Source: Candidatus Zixiibacteriota bacterium
GTDB taxonomy: Bacteria > Zixibacteria > MSB-5A5 > GN15 > FEB-12
Assembly: GCA_041742355.1 (NCBI GenBank)
Contig: JBGSIV010000180.1
Coordinates: 1-24,343 of the forward strand
Direction: 5' to 3'
DNA: 24,343 nt
The notes under the pieces are model-generated. The model was not told the DNA's origin. It saw nothing but the letters and a program-made list of their open reading frames with translations, and ran no database searches. The position numbers were made by a program, and so were the translations under genes. Below, piece after piece: positions 16,900 to 24,343 of the stretch. Position 1 is the first letter of the stretch, and each line of letters starts with the position of its first letter.

Positions 16900-17658
16900 A
16901 TGAAGAGATGTAAGATCACGTTCCTCGGCCTGGCAGCTTTAGCAATCGTGGCGGGATCGGCCCTGAGTGCCCCGCGCCTGACAATTCCGGAATCCTCGTT
17001 CGATTTCGGTTTCGTCCCGCAGCACTCCAGCGTCTCCCACTCGTTCTGGCTCTACTCGACGGGAGACGATGAACTGAAGATTCTCAAAGTGGTGCCTGGC
17101 TGAGGCTGCACCAAGGCTCCGCTCGAAAAGACGGAGCTTGCTGTCGGTGACAGCACCCGGATTGAGATCATATTCGATACCAAGACCTACGCCTCGCGCG
17201 TGACAAAGCGGCCCAGCATCCAGACCAACGAGGGCCCGCCGGACAAACACGTGAGCATTATGGCCAATATCGTCCCGCGCCCGGACTCGACCTACCCGAT
17301 TATCATCAACCCGTACAAGGTCGATCTGTCGCAACTCGGAGAAAAGGTCATCGACCAGTCGCCGATCAGTATCGAGAACGTTTCCGATCAGCCGCTGGAG
17401 ATCAGCCTGATCGCCTCGGAAGGCGACTACTTCCGCCTTGACCTGCCCAAGTCGGTTGGCCCGGGACAGAAAGTGACCGGCAAGGTGACCCTGCTCGAAT
17501 CGGCTTTCGGGAATTCGTTCGAGAAGTCCTTTACGATCGAACTTACCGCGCCCGGCGGTGCCGAGGCTACCAAAACCCGTTTCACCGTCCCGGTGAAGCG
17601 CACCGTGCGCGTGGCCAATCAAGCCGGTGCGACCAATGTGCTCGGCGGCGGCCGCTAG
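16900..17658 (+). CDS. Exported DUF1573-like protein with in-frame TGA (codon 68) read as probable selenocysteine (UxC motif), 252 aa
   Basis: Track ORFs 16882..17103 and 17200..17658 share one frame and the only stop between them is TGA 17101-17103. Readthrough gives HSFWLYSTGDDELKILKVVPG-U-GCTKAPLEKTELAVGDS, colinear with the upstream paralog HHFWLKSIGQDTVTIDTVKTG-C-SCAVTQLEKTVLPPGDS. A hairpin follows the TGA. Confidence 0.78.
17108..17144 (+). promoter_or_regulatory. Candidate bacterial SECIS element
   Basis: CAAG-g-CTCCG-c-TC-[GAAAA]-GA-CGGAG-CTTG at 17112-17140, extendable by GCA/TGT. The apical loop starts with G at 17125, 21 nt after the TGA. Confidence 0.65.
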
Positions 17659-17686
17659 TACAGGCCGAAGCCACCGGTATAAACAC

Positions 17687-17723
17687 AGAAAGGCCGTCGA
17701 TCCATCCGGGTCGACGGCCTTCT
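17687..17723. terminator. Hairpin between convergent genes, probable bidirectional terminator
   Basis: AAGGCCGTCGA (17690-17700) ... TCGACGGCCTT (17711-17721), a perfect 11-bp stem. Confidence 0.7.
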
Positions 17724-17746
17724 CGTATCTGTCCTGACAGTCCCGC

Positions 17747-19156
17747 CTACATATCGTCGTTCAGGTCCGGGAAACCTTGCTCTATGATCTCCGCCCACTT
17801 CTTGTCGTAAATCTCCCCGTCGACATTCGAATGCACGAGGCGATATTCGTTGTTGTTCCGATCGTCCACGAAGACGAAAAACTTTCCCTCCTCTATATGC
17901 CAGTAGTACCAGATCTGGTACGGCACCCCGGTCACTGGCATCGATCGATCGTCCACCTGGTCCCACAAACCGTACGTCATGTAGATCCGGCCCCGCTCCG
18001 TTCTCCAACCGTCATCGCCGGTTTCGGTCACCGAAAAACGGTCGTTGGCGTACCGGTACCGCCGGAGCATCTCGGCTTTGTTCTCATTGACCGGAGTCGA
18101 CGGCGTGGGATCATGTTCCTGCCAGTACTGCTGCACGAAAGTCCGCTTCCCGTCGGGCGCGAGCCTGTCCAGCGTCTGGCGCTGGGCCGGGGTCAGCAGG
18201 TACCAGGTTAGGGCCACCTGTTGTTCCAGCGTGAGGCTGCTGTCGTCGTCCCCTTCACCCGCGAACGCCACCGGCGCCACGATCGCGAAGCGGATGCCAC
18301 AGGTATCGCTCGTACCGGACGAGGGATCATCGGCCACTACCTGGAGACGGTACCCGCCCGACAGCCAGCCCCGGATATCGATCGGCTCACCGAAAGCCAC
18401 CGACGCACCCTCGGCCGATCGCTTTCGACTGCTGATCGTGCGAATTGGCACCCCCTGGGCATCGAGCAGATCAAACGTCAGTCGGAACTCCTCGCCCTTC
18501 CCGTCCGCCGGAAGGTTGTACACCTCGCCGTAGACGTACATCATGCTGTCGCTCGTGCTGAACACCCCGACCGGATTGGGCAGCACCAGAAAACCGTTCC
18601 GGACCAGCCGCATGTTCACCGCCAGCGTGTCCGCAACCGGGGTCGCCCGATACGCCATGATCGGTCCGCCGACGGCAATCTGCCCCCGCACCGGCGGTTC
18701 CACCACGATTTCGTCCAGCAGCGCCGAACCGGTGCGCTTGCTGACGACATCGTACACCGTCAGTCGGGCCGTATAGATGCCCGGCTTCACGAACAGCATA
18801 AGCTTGTTGAACAGCCGGATTCCCGGAGCCGAAGCCTCGGCTTCATCGGCCACCCGCACCGAGAAGTACGTCGATCCCGAGTCCTGCGGAACCCCCGCTG
18901 AATTCAGCAAATCCACCTGGGCAAAGATCCGGGCATAGAGGAAACTATCCGCCTCATTGGGCCGGAAGAACTCGAATTCGCTGCGCGTCAGCGAAAACGG
19001 GAATTCCACCAGCGCCAGGGAGTCGTACGCCGGATCGGCAAACACCGCCGATCCCGCATAGATCGTCAGACCGCCGTCCCCGGACTGGCCCAGGACTGCG
19101 CCCGACGCACAGACCAACAGCACCAGGGTTGTATGAATCAATCGTGTGAGCTGCAT
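17747..19156 (-). CDS. GWxTD domain-containing exported protein, 469 aa
   Basis: Signal peptide; C-terminal YWQEHDPTPSTPVNE...RYRYANDRF...GWRTERGRIYMTYG...YQIWYY...FVFVD. Confidence 0.85.
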   Translation of the reverse strand: MQLTRLIHTTLVLLVCASGAVLGQSGDGGLTIYAGSAVFADPAYDSLALVEFPFSLTRSEFEFFRPNEADSFLYARIFAQVDLLNSAGVPQDSGSTYFSVRVADEAEASAPGIRLFNKLMLFVKPGIYTARLTVYDVVSKRTGSALLDEIVVEPPVRGQIAVGGPIMAYRATPVADTLAVNMRLVRNGFLVLPNPVGVFSTSDSMMYVYGEVYNLPADGKGEEFRLTFDLLDAQGVPIRTISSRKRSAEGASVAFGEPIDIRGWLSGGYRLQVVADDPSSGTSDTCGIRFAIVAPVAFAGEGDDDSSLTLEQQVALTWYLLTPAQRQTLDRLAPDGKRTFVQQYWQEHDPTPSTPVNENKAEMLRRYRYANDRFSVTETGDDGWRTERGRIYMTYGLWDQVDDRSMPVTGVPYQIWYYWHIEEGKFFVFVDDRNNNEYRLVHSNVDGEIYDKKWAEIIEQGFPDLNDDM

Positions 19157-19179
19157 GGATGAAGTCCCTTCAGGCTAAC

Positions 19180-20538
19180 TCAGAAATCCGGCCTCTGATT
19201 GAGACCGTCGTATGGATATTGCAGCCGGTACTCGCCGTCCTCGTTGACATCAACGAAAACAAACTTCCGATACCGGCCGTCACGGTAGTAGTGCCACTCC
19301 TGGTACGGATAGCGATCCGGGACCAGCGGATAGTCGTCGATCTGGTCCGGCTCGCCATACCGGATAAGAACCCGTCCCCGGTCCGTCCGCCACCCTTCCC
19401 GATTGAGCACCGAGAACAGCCGGTTGGCGGCATCGACCCGGTAGTAAAATGCGACCTTCAACTCGTTCACCGATGTCGACGGATCCGGATCCCGCTCGGC
19501 CCAAAAGTGCTCTATCGCCCTGACGCGCTCGGCAAGATCTTCGATCTTCCGCATCGGCTTCACATCTTTTCCGTCGGCGATCAGCTCCAGCTGATCCAGC
19601 GCGGCATCCCAATCGTGCCGGAGGATCGCGCTCGACGTCCACGGCACCCGGAAGGGCACCTTCTTCTCGTCGAGCTTCTTGTACCGTCGGCCGTGGAGCG
19701 ATACGGTCAACTCGTACTCGCCCGGCCGAAAATCCACCAGCGAAATCTCGCGCAACTGCCGCGTGACCCGCTCGTCCAACAATGCCGTCAAGCTGTCCCG
19801 GTAGACCATTCCCCTGGAATCCTGCCGGAGACTCGTCTCGATCGTCACCTCGCCCGAAGAATCGCTCCCCCGATGAATCTCGAGGTAAAACATCATCTTC
19901 CCCTGCTCCTCGGCGCTGAACGTACCGGTCAAGGACGGCACGACCATGAGCTTTCCCTTGGTGAAATCCTGCGGGACATCCCCCTCGGGCATCGGTCCCG
20001 CCGCCTGCACCAGTTCCACATCCGACAACTGCGGATTCTTGCTGTCGAACGGCTTCAGCTCGACATCGAAATCCCGCTTGTGCACCGACGACGAACCGAC
20101 CGATTCAAGGAGAAAGCCCAGTTCGTACTTCCCCGGCTCCAGATCAAAATTGACCTGCGCCGTCCGGAAGTCCCCCGTCGACTTGGTCTTGATCAACTGG
20201 TCAACCGTCGCCTCGCGTTCCTGCCGCGCGCTCTGGACAACCGTATCGGCGTCTTCGTCGATCACTCGGACCGTGGCCACATACCTTGCCCGGAACAGCT
20301 GGTCGGTGACCCGCTGGAACTCCAGACCGTAGTTGTATATCTGGTAGTAGATCTCGAGTCGGACCCGACCCGGGTCCTGGGAGGGAAATACACCGTAATC
20401 GACTATCAGCTTCCGATCTTCCGAGGGCACCGCGTTGCGCAGCATAAAGGGCTGCCCCGCCGCTTCCGCCGCCGTTAAGACCAGCAGCAACAAAAGGGCG
20501 GTCAGGCCGCCCCGGATATGCGCTTGTATCACACTCAT
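19180..20538 (-). CDS. GWxTD domain-containing exported protein, about 452 aa (start taken at MSVIQ, ATG 20538)
   Basis: FWAERDPDPSTSVNE...RVDAANRLF...GWRTDRGRVLIRYGEPD...YQEWHY...FVFVD; hydrophobic leader after ATG 20538. Confidence 0.85.
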   Translation of the reverse strand: MSVIQAHIRGGLTALLLLLVLTAAEAAGQPFMLRNAVPSEDRKLIVDYGVFPSQDPGRVRLEIYYQIYNYGLEFQRVTDQLFRARYVATVRVIDEDADTVVQSARQEREATVDQLIKTKSTGDFRTAQVNFDLEPGKYELGFLLESVGSSSVHKRDFDVELKPFDSKNPQLSDVELVQAAGPMPEGDVPQDFTKGKLMVVPSLTGTFSAEEQGKMMFYLEIHRGSDSSGEVTIETSLRQDSRGMVYRDSLTALLDERVTRQLREISLVDFRPGEYELTVSLHGRRYKKLDEKKVPFRVPWTSSAILRHDWDAALDQLELIADGKDVKPMRKIEDLAERVRAIEHFWAERDPDPSTSVNELKVAFYYRVDAANRLFSVLNREGWRTDRGRVLIRYGEPDQIDDYPLVPDRYPYQEWHYYRDGRYRKFVFVDVNEDGEYRLQYPYDGLNQRPDF

Positions 20539-20626
20539 TAAACGACCGGTGTCAAATCGCTGTTCCAAGTTACCGACGCACAGACCGGGGGGCAACATCA
20601 AAAACTATTTTCGAAAAGACGGGAAT

Positions 20627-21880
20627 TTACTCGTACCGAAGCGCCTCGATCGGATCCAGCCGGGCGGCTTTTACCGCCGGGTACATGCCCGACACCATGC
20701 CCACCGAAACCGCCACCGCAAACCCGATCAGGATCCAGAAGAGCGAGACCGTCAGCGGAAAACCCGCGAGGCTGTTAACACCAACCCCGAGAAGAACCCC
20801 GATCACGATCCCAATCAGCCCCCCGGTGGCGCTCAGGGTCGTGGCTTCCGTGAGAAATTGCAGCAGAATATTGGACTTCTTGGCCCCGATCGCCTTGCGC
20901 ACCCCAATCTCCCGGGTCCGCTCGGTGACCGAAACCAGCATGATATTCATCACCCCGATTCCCCCCACCATCAGCCCCACCGACGTAATCACCAGCATCG
21001 CGATGTAAATCACTCCGGTGATCTCCTCCACCTTCTCCTTGTACGTATCCTGGGTCACCAGCTCGAAGTTGTTCTCCTTCCCGAAGGGAACTCTCCGGTA
21101 CACCCGCAGCGCGTTGATAATCTCCTCCTCGGCCTGCTCGAGCTTGTCCAGCGACTCCGCTCGAACCGACAGGCTCAACGCTTCTTCCCAGGGATGGATC
21201 TTTTCAAACGTCGACAACGGTATCGCCACCCACTGGTTCTCGTATGATTCTCCGAAATTCGACTCGATCTTCTCGAAGACCCCGATCACCTCGAACCGGT
21301 TCCCGTTGACCCGAATCTCCTGTCCGATCGGTTGATCCCCCTCGAACAACGAGTTCGCAATCTCGTGGCCGATCACCGCCACCTGGGCGCGACGCTCAAC
21401 GTCCCCTTCCGTGATAAACCTGCCCTGCTGCAGCGACCGATCCGCCACCCGGACATAGTCGGGCCACGTCCCGAGGTAGGTTATATTCGTCGCTTTCCGG
21501 TTCTTGTACTTGGCCACGTTCCCCCCAGGCGCCCAGTACCGGTTGGTCGGCGCCACACCGTCGACCGACGGGCAGTTGGCTTTGATCGCCATCGCCTCCC
21601 CGACCGTCAGCTCCGGACGGTTGCGCTGATCTTCGGTCATATCGTCCCAGTCCATGAACTCCGGCAGCCGCCGCACATCGATAATGGCCGCCGACCCCAT
21701 GTTGGCGATCTCCTCCTCCATCGCCAGGTTCAGCCCATTGATGATCGACGCCAGGCCGATCACGGCCGCCACGCCGATGAGCACACCCAGGATTGTCAGG
21801 AACGACCGCAGCTTGTTCGCGCGCAGCGAACCCAGCGCCATCCCGATTGAGTCCCGTATTTCGACCGTCGTCAGTACCAT
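20627..21880 (-). CDS. MacB/FtsX-family ABC transporter permease, 417 aa
   Basis: NKLRSFLTILGVLIGV, large periplasmic domain, VGGIGVMNIMLVSVTERTREIGVRKAIGA, PAVKAARLDPIEALRYE. Confidence 0.93.
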   Translation of the reverse strand: MVLTTVEIRDSIGMALGSLRANKLRSFLTILGVLIGVAAVIGLASIINGLNLAMEEEIANMGSAAIIDVRRLPEFMDWDDMTEDQRNRPELTVGEAMAIKANCPSVDGVAPTNRYWAPGGNVAKYKNRKATNITYLGTWPDYVRVADRSLQQGRFITEGDVERRAQVAVIGHEIANSLFEGDQPIGQEIRVNGNRFEVIGVFEKIESNFGESYENQWVAIPLSTFEKIHPWEEALSLSVRAESLDKLEQAEEEIINALRVYRRVPFGKENNFELVTQDTYKEKVEEITGVIYIAMLVITSVGLMVGGIGVMNIMLVSVTERTREIGVRKAIGAKKSNILLQFLTEATTLSATGGLIGIVIGVLLGVGVNSLAGFPLTVSLFWILIGFAVAVSVGMVSGMYPAVKAARLDPIEALRYE

Positions 21881-21884
21881 TACC

Positions 21885-23105
21885 CTACTCGTAGCTCAGC
21901 GCTTTTATGGGATCCATCCGGGCCGCTTTCATCGCCGGGAATATCCCGAAGACCAAACCGACCGACGTCGAGATCGTCAGCCCCATCGCAATGGCCAGGC
22001 CCGACGGGGATATGTTTATGTTGATCATAGCGATCACCGCCTTGGCGATGAAGAACCCCAGCACGATGCCGATGACTCCGCCCAGCAGCGTCGTAATAAG
22101 GGCTTCAAACAGGAATTGCATCAGGATGTGGTTCTGCTTGGCCCCAACCGCCTTGCGGATGCCGATCTCCCGCGTGCGCTCGGTCACCGCCACCATCATG
22201 ATGTTCATGACCACGATCCCCCCGACCACGATCGAGATCATCGAAATTCCGAACAACCCGAACCGGAACAACCGGGTCGCGTTGTTGAGCACCTCGAGGA
22301 TAGTGTCCGCCGTCAGCACGTCGAAATCATCCGGCTTGTCAAAAGACACGTGCCGCGCCGACCGCAACACCATGCGCACCTGGTCCATCGCCTCAGGAAG
22401 CTGCGCCACGGAGAGCGCCTTCACCACTATGTGAATGCCCCGGTCAAAACTCCCGAAGTCCCGACGGTGCGTGCTGAACGGGATGTAGATGCGCTCATCC
22501 TGCTCCGCCCCGAACAATCCGCCCACCTCTTTGCCCAAACCGATCACCGTGTACTTCCGCCCCGCGACTCGAATATCTTTGCCGATCGGGTCTAACCCGT
22601 TGAACAGCTCTTCATACACCTTGTGGCCGATAAACGCCACCCGCCGCTTGTGCAGGTCGTCTTCGGCCGAGTGGAAACGCCCCTCGGCCACCTCGAGATC
22701 GACAATTTCTATTCGATTGGACGTCACCCCGACGACAGGAACATCCCGCAGCGATCGATCGCCGTACTTGACGTCCGACTGCCCCCACGTTCCCGGGGAC
22801 ACCTTCTCGCACAGGTCGCACCCCTCCTCGATCATCGCCGTGTACTCCTCGCGAAGCGGCTTCCGCTTGATCTTCTCCAGCCACTCCTTCTCCGACATCG
22901 CCATCGCGATCCGCTGCACGAAAAACGTCGCAGGGCCCATCTTGTCGAACTCCGCCTCGATCGAATCCTGCATCCCCTCCAGGGCCGAAATAATCGTGAT
23001 GACCGAGGTCACCCCGATAATGATGCCGAGGAGTGTCAGCCCCGACCGGAGCTTGTTGGCCCACAGGGCCGCAAATGAGAGGCGCAGTATCGACCCGGTA
23101 ATCAT
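21885..23105 (-). CDS. MacB/FtsX-family ABC transporter permease (second paralog; ATG 23105 or TTG 23111)
   Basis: NKLRSGLTLLGIIIGV, VGGIVVMNIMMVAVTERTREIGIRKAVGA, PAMKAARMDPIKALSYE. Confidence 0.93.
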   Translation of the reverse strand: MITGSILRLSFAALWANKLRSGLTLLGIIIGVTSVITIISALEGMQDSIEAEFDKMGPATFFVQRIAMAMSEKEWLEKIKRKPLREEYTAMIEEGCDLCEKVSPGTWGQSDVKYGDRSLRDVPVVGVTSNRIEIVDLEVAEGRFHSAEDDLHKRRVAFIGHKVYEELFNGLDPIGKDIRVAGRKYTVIGLGKEVGGLFGAEQDERIYIPFSTHRRDFGSFDRGIHIVVKALSVAQLPEAMDQVRMVLRSARHVSFDKPDDFDVLTADTILEVLNNATRLFRFGLFGISMISIVVGGIVVMNIMMVAVTERTREIGIRKAVGAKQNHILMQFLFEALITTLLGGVIGIVLGFFIAKAVIAMININISPSGLAIAMGLTISTSVGLVFGIFPAMKAARMDPIKALSYE

Positions 23106-23107
23106 GC

Positions 23108-23818
23108 TCAACTCTGGTAGGTCATCCGCGTATGTTCCGGAACAACTTCGTCGCTGGCGATCTGTCCGTCAAAGATAGACAGTACCCGCCGCGCGTGTTT
23201 CGCGATATCCGGCTCGTGCGTCACGAGAATAATCGTGTTCCCCAGCCGGTGCAGCTGATCGAACAGCCGCATAATGTCGATCGAGGTCTTGCTGTCGAGG
23301 TTGCCGGTAGGCTCGTCGGCCAGAATGAGCGACGGCTTGTTGACCAGCGCCCGGGCAATCGCCACCCGCTGCCGCTGGCCGCCCGAAAGCTCGTTCGGCT
23401 TGTGGTGCATCCGGTCCGTCAGTTCCACGCGCCCGAGCGCATCCTCCGCCATCGCCCGACGCTCTGTCGCCGAGGATCCGTTGTAGATCAGCGGCAACTC
23501 GACGTTGTGCAGCGCCGTCGCCCGAGGCAGCAGGTTGAAGGTCTGAAAGACGAACCCGATCTCCCGGTTGCGGATATTGGCCAGCTCGTCGTCGTTCATC
23601 CCGGCGACTGCTTTCCCGTTGAGAAAGTACTCGCCGCTGGAGGGTGTATCGAGACACCCGATCAGGTTCATCAGAGTCGACTTGCCCGACCCCGACGGCC
23701 CCATGATCGCCACGTACTCCCCGCGCTCGATCGCAATGGTCACCCCCCGCAGCGCGTTGACCGTCTCCGCCCCCATCTGGTATTTCTTCCAGAGATCTTT
23801 CGTTTCAATGAGCGCCAT
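23108..23818 (-). CDS. ABC transporter ATP-binding protein, MacB/LolD-type, 236 aa
   Basis: Walker [20 protein letters not shown], signature LSGGQRQR, Walker [16 protein letters not shown]. Confidence 0.95.
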   Translation of the reverse strand: MALIETKDLWKKYQMGAETVNALRGVTIAIERGEYVAIMGPSGSGKSTLMNLIGCLDTPSSGEYFLNGKAVAGMNDDELANIRNREIGFVFQTFNLLPRATALHNVELPLIYNGSSATERRAMAEDALGRVELTDRMHHKPNELSGGQRQRVAIARALVNKPSLILADEPTGNLDSKTSIDIMRLFDQLHRLGNTIILVTHEPDIAKHARRVLSIFDGQIASDEVVPEHTRMTYQS

Positions 23819-23820
23819 GC

Positions 23821-24342
23821 TTACTCGGATTTCTCGTCCACGACGTTTTTGTCAATCTGCACCGCATCGCCCGGATTGATCGTCCGCAACACGCGGTATG
23901 GACCCGACACGACCGAATCCTTCTCGTTCAGTCCCGATGTCACTTCGATGAACTTCTGGTCAGCGATCCCGGTCTGGATCGGGACGAAATCGACCTTGCC
24001 CTCGCGAATGACGTACACACCCTTGAGTTCCTCGCGTTTCTTATCGCCGGCCGCGGACCCCGTGTCACTCGTTTCAGCCGCATGGACCGCCCCGACGGTC
24101 GATCCCGTCTCCGAGGCGGCCGTCGCACTGCCGGCCTGCGCCTGCTCCAGCGAATCCGCATCGACCGACCGTATCACCACCGCCGCGTACGGAATAGTCA
24201 ATACATGATCCCGCCGCGAGGTCTCTATATCGACCGTCGCCGACATCCCCGGACGGACCTTCTTGTTCACGTCAGCGAAAATCACCTTCACCCGGAAATT
24301 GGTCGACTGATTCTCTCCCCCCATGTTGGCCAGGATCGCCGT
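23821..24342 (-). CDS. C-terminal part (5'-truncated by window) of a MacA/HlyD-family periplasmic adaptor
   Basis: FRVKV...[11 protein letters not shown]...VLTIPYAAV...VYVIREG...IQTGIAD...[15 protein letters not shown]; the frame stays open to the window edge. Confidence 0.9.
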   Translation of the reverse strand, partial: TAILANMGGENQSTNFRVKVIFADVNKKVRPGMSATVDIETSRRDHVLTIPYAAVVIRSVDADSLEQAQAGSATAASETGSTVGAVHAAETSDTGSAAGDKKREELKGVYVIREGKVDFVPIQTGIADQKFIEVTSGLNEKDSVVSGPYRVLRTINPGDAVQIDKNVVDEKSE

Positions 24343-24343
24343 A

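Noticed and set aside
17101..17103. TGA read as a plain nonsense mutation (pseudogene) or as genome-wide UGA=Trp/Gly recoding
   Set aside because: Other genes here end in TGA and use TGG for Trp. The codon aligns to Cys, a hairpin follows it, and the rest of the frame is intact. A pseudogene is not excluded but is less parsimonious.
17200..17658. Separate 152-aa gene starting at GTG 17200
   Set aside because: No SD and no signal peptide; it begins mid-domain relative to the paralog, so it is the 3' part of 16900..17658.
1..24343. CRISPR arrays, tRNA/rRNA genes, transposases, integrases, reverse transcriptase/DGR, and selA/selB/selC/selD
   Set aside because: None was recognised in this window; any Sec machinery would have to be encoded elsewhere in the genome.

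Overview
GC-rich bacterial chromosomal window. The many secreted proteins with cohesin/dockerin-like modules, FlgD-Ig/T9SS-type C-terminal tails and GWxTD domains suggest an FCB-group organism such as candidate division Zixibacteria (inference). Gene order: the tail of a CTD-bearing secreted protein; a divergent EF-G paralog; lexA; a minus-strand cluster (hisS, CPA1 antiporter, N-terminally short RlmB-like methyltransferase, HsmA/TIGR03987-like membrane protein, YceI); two paralogous cohesin+dockerin-like surface proteins; a signal-peptide-bearing C1B (PepC/bleomycin hydrolase) peptidase; an FAD-linked oxidase; two tandem DUF1573-like exported proteins; and a convergent minus-strand block of a MacAB-type exporter followed by two GWxTD proteins. 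The main finding is that the ORF track splits the second DUF1573-like gene in two (16882..17103 and 17200..17658), but it reads as one frame (16900..17658) with a single in-frame TGA at 17101-17103. That TGA aligns exactly with the first Cys of the CxC motif in the adjacent paralog (VKTG-C-S-C vs VVPG-*-G-C) and is followed by a SECIS-like hairpin. This makes it a candidate exported UxC selenoprotein next to its Cys-containing twin. No database searches were run; family calls come from recognised motifs.
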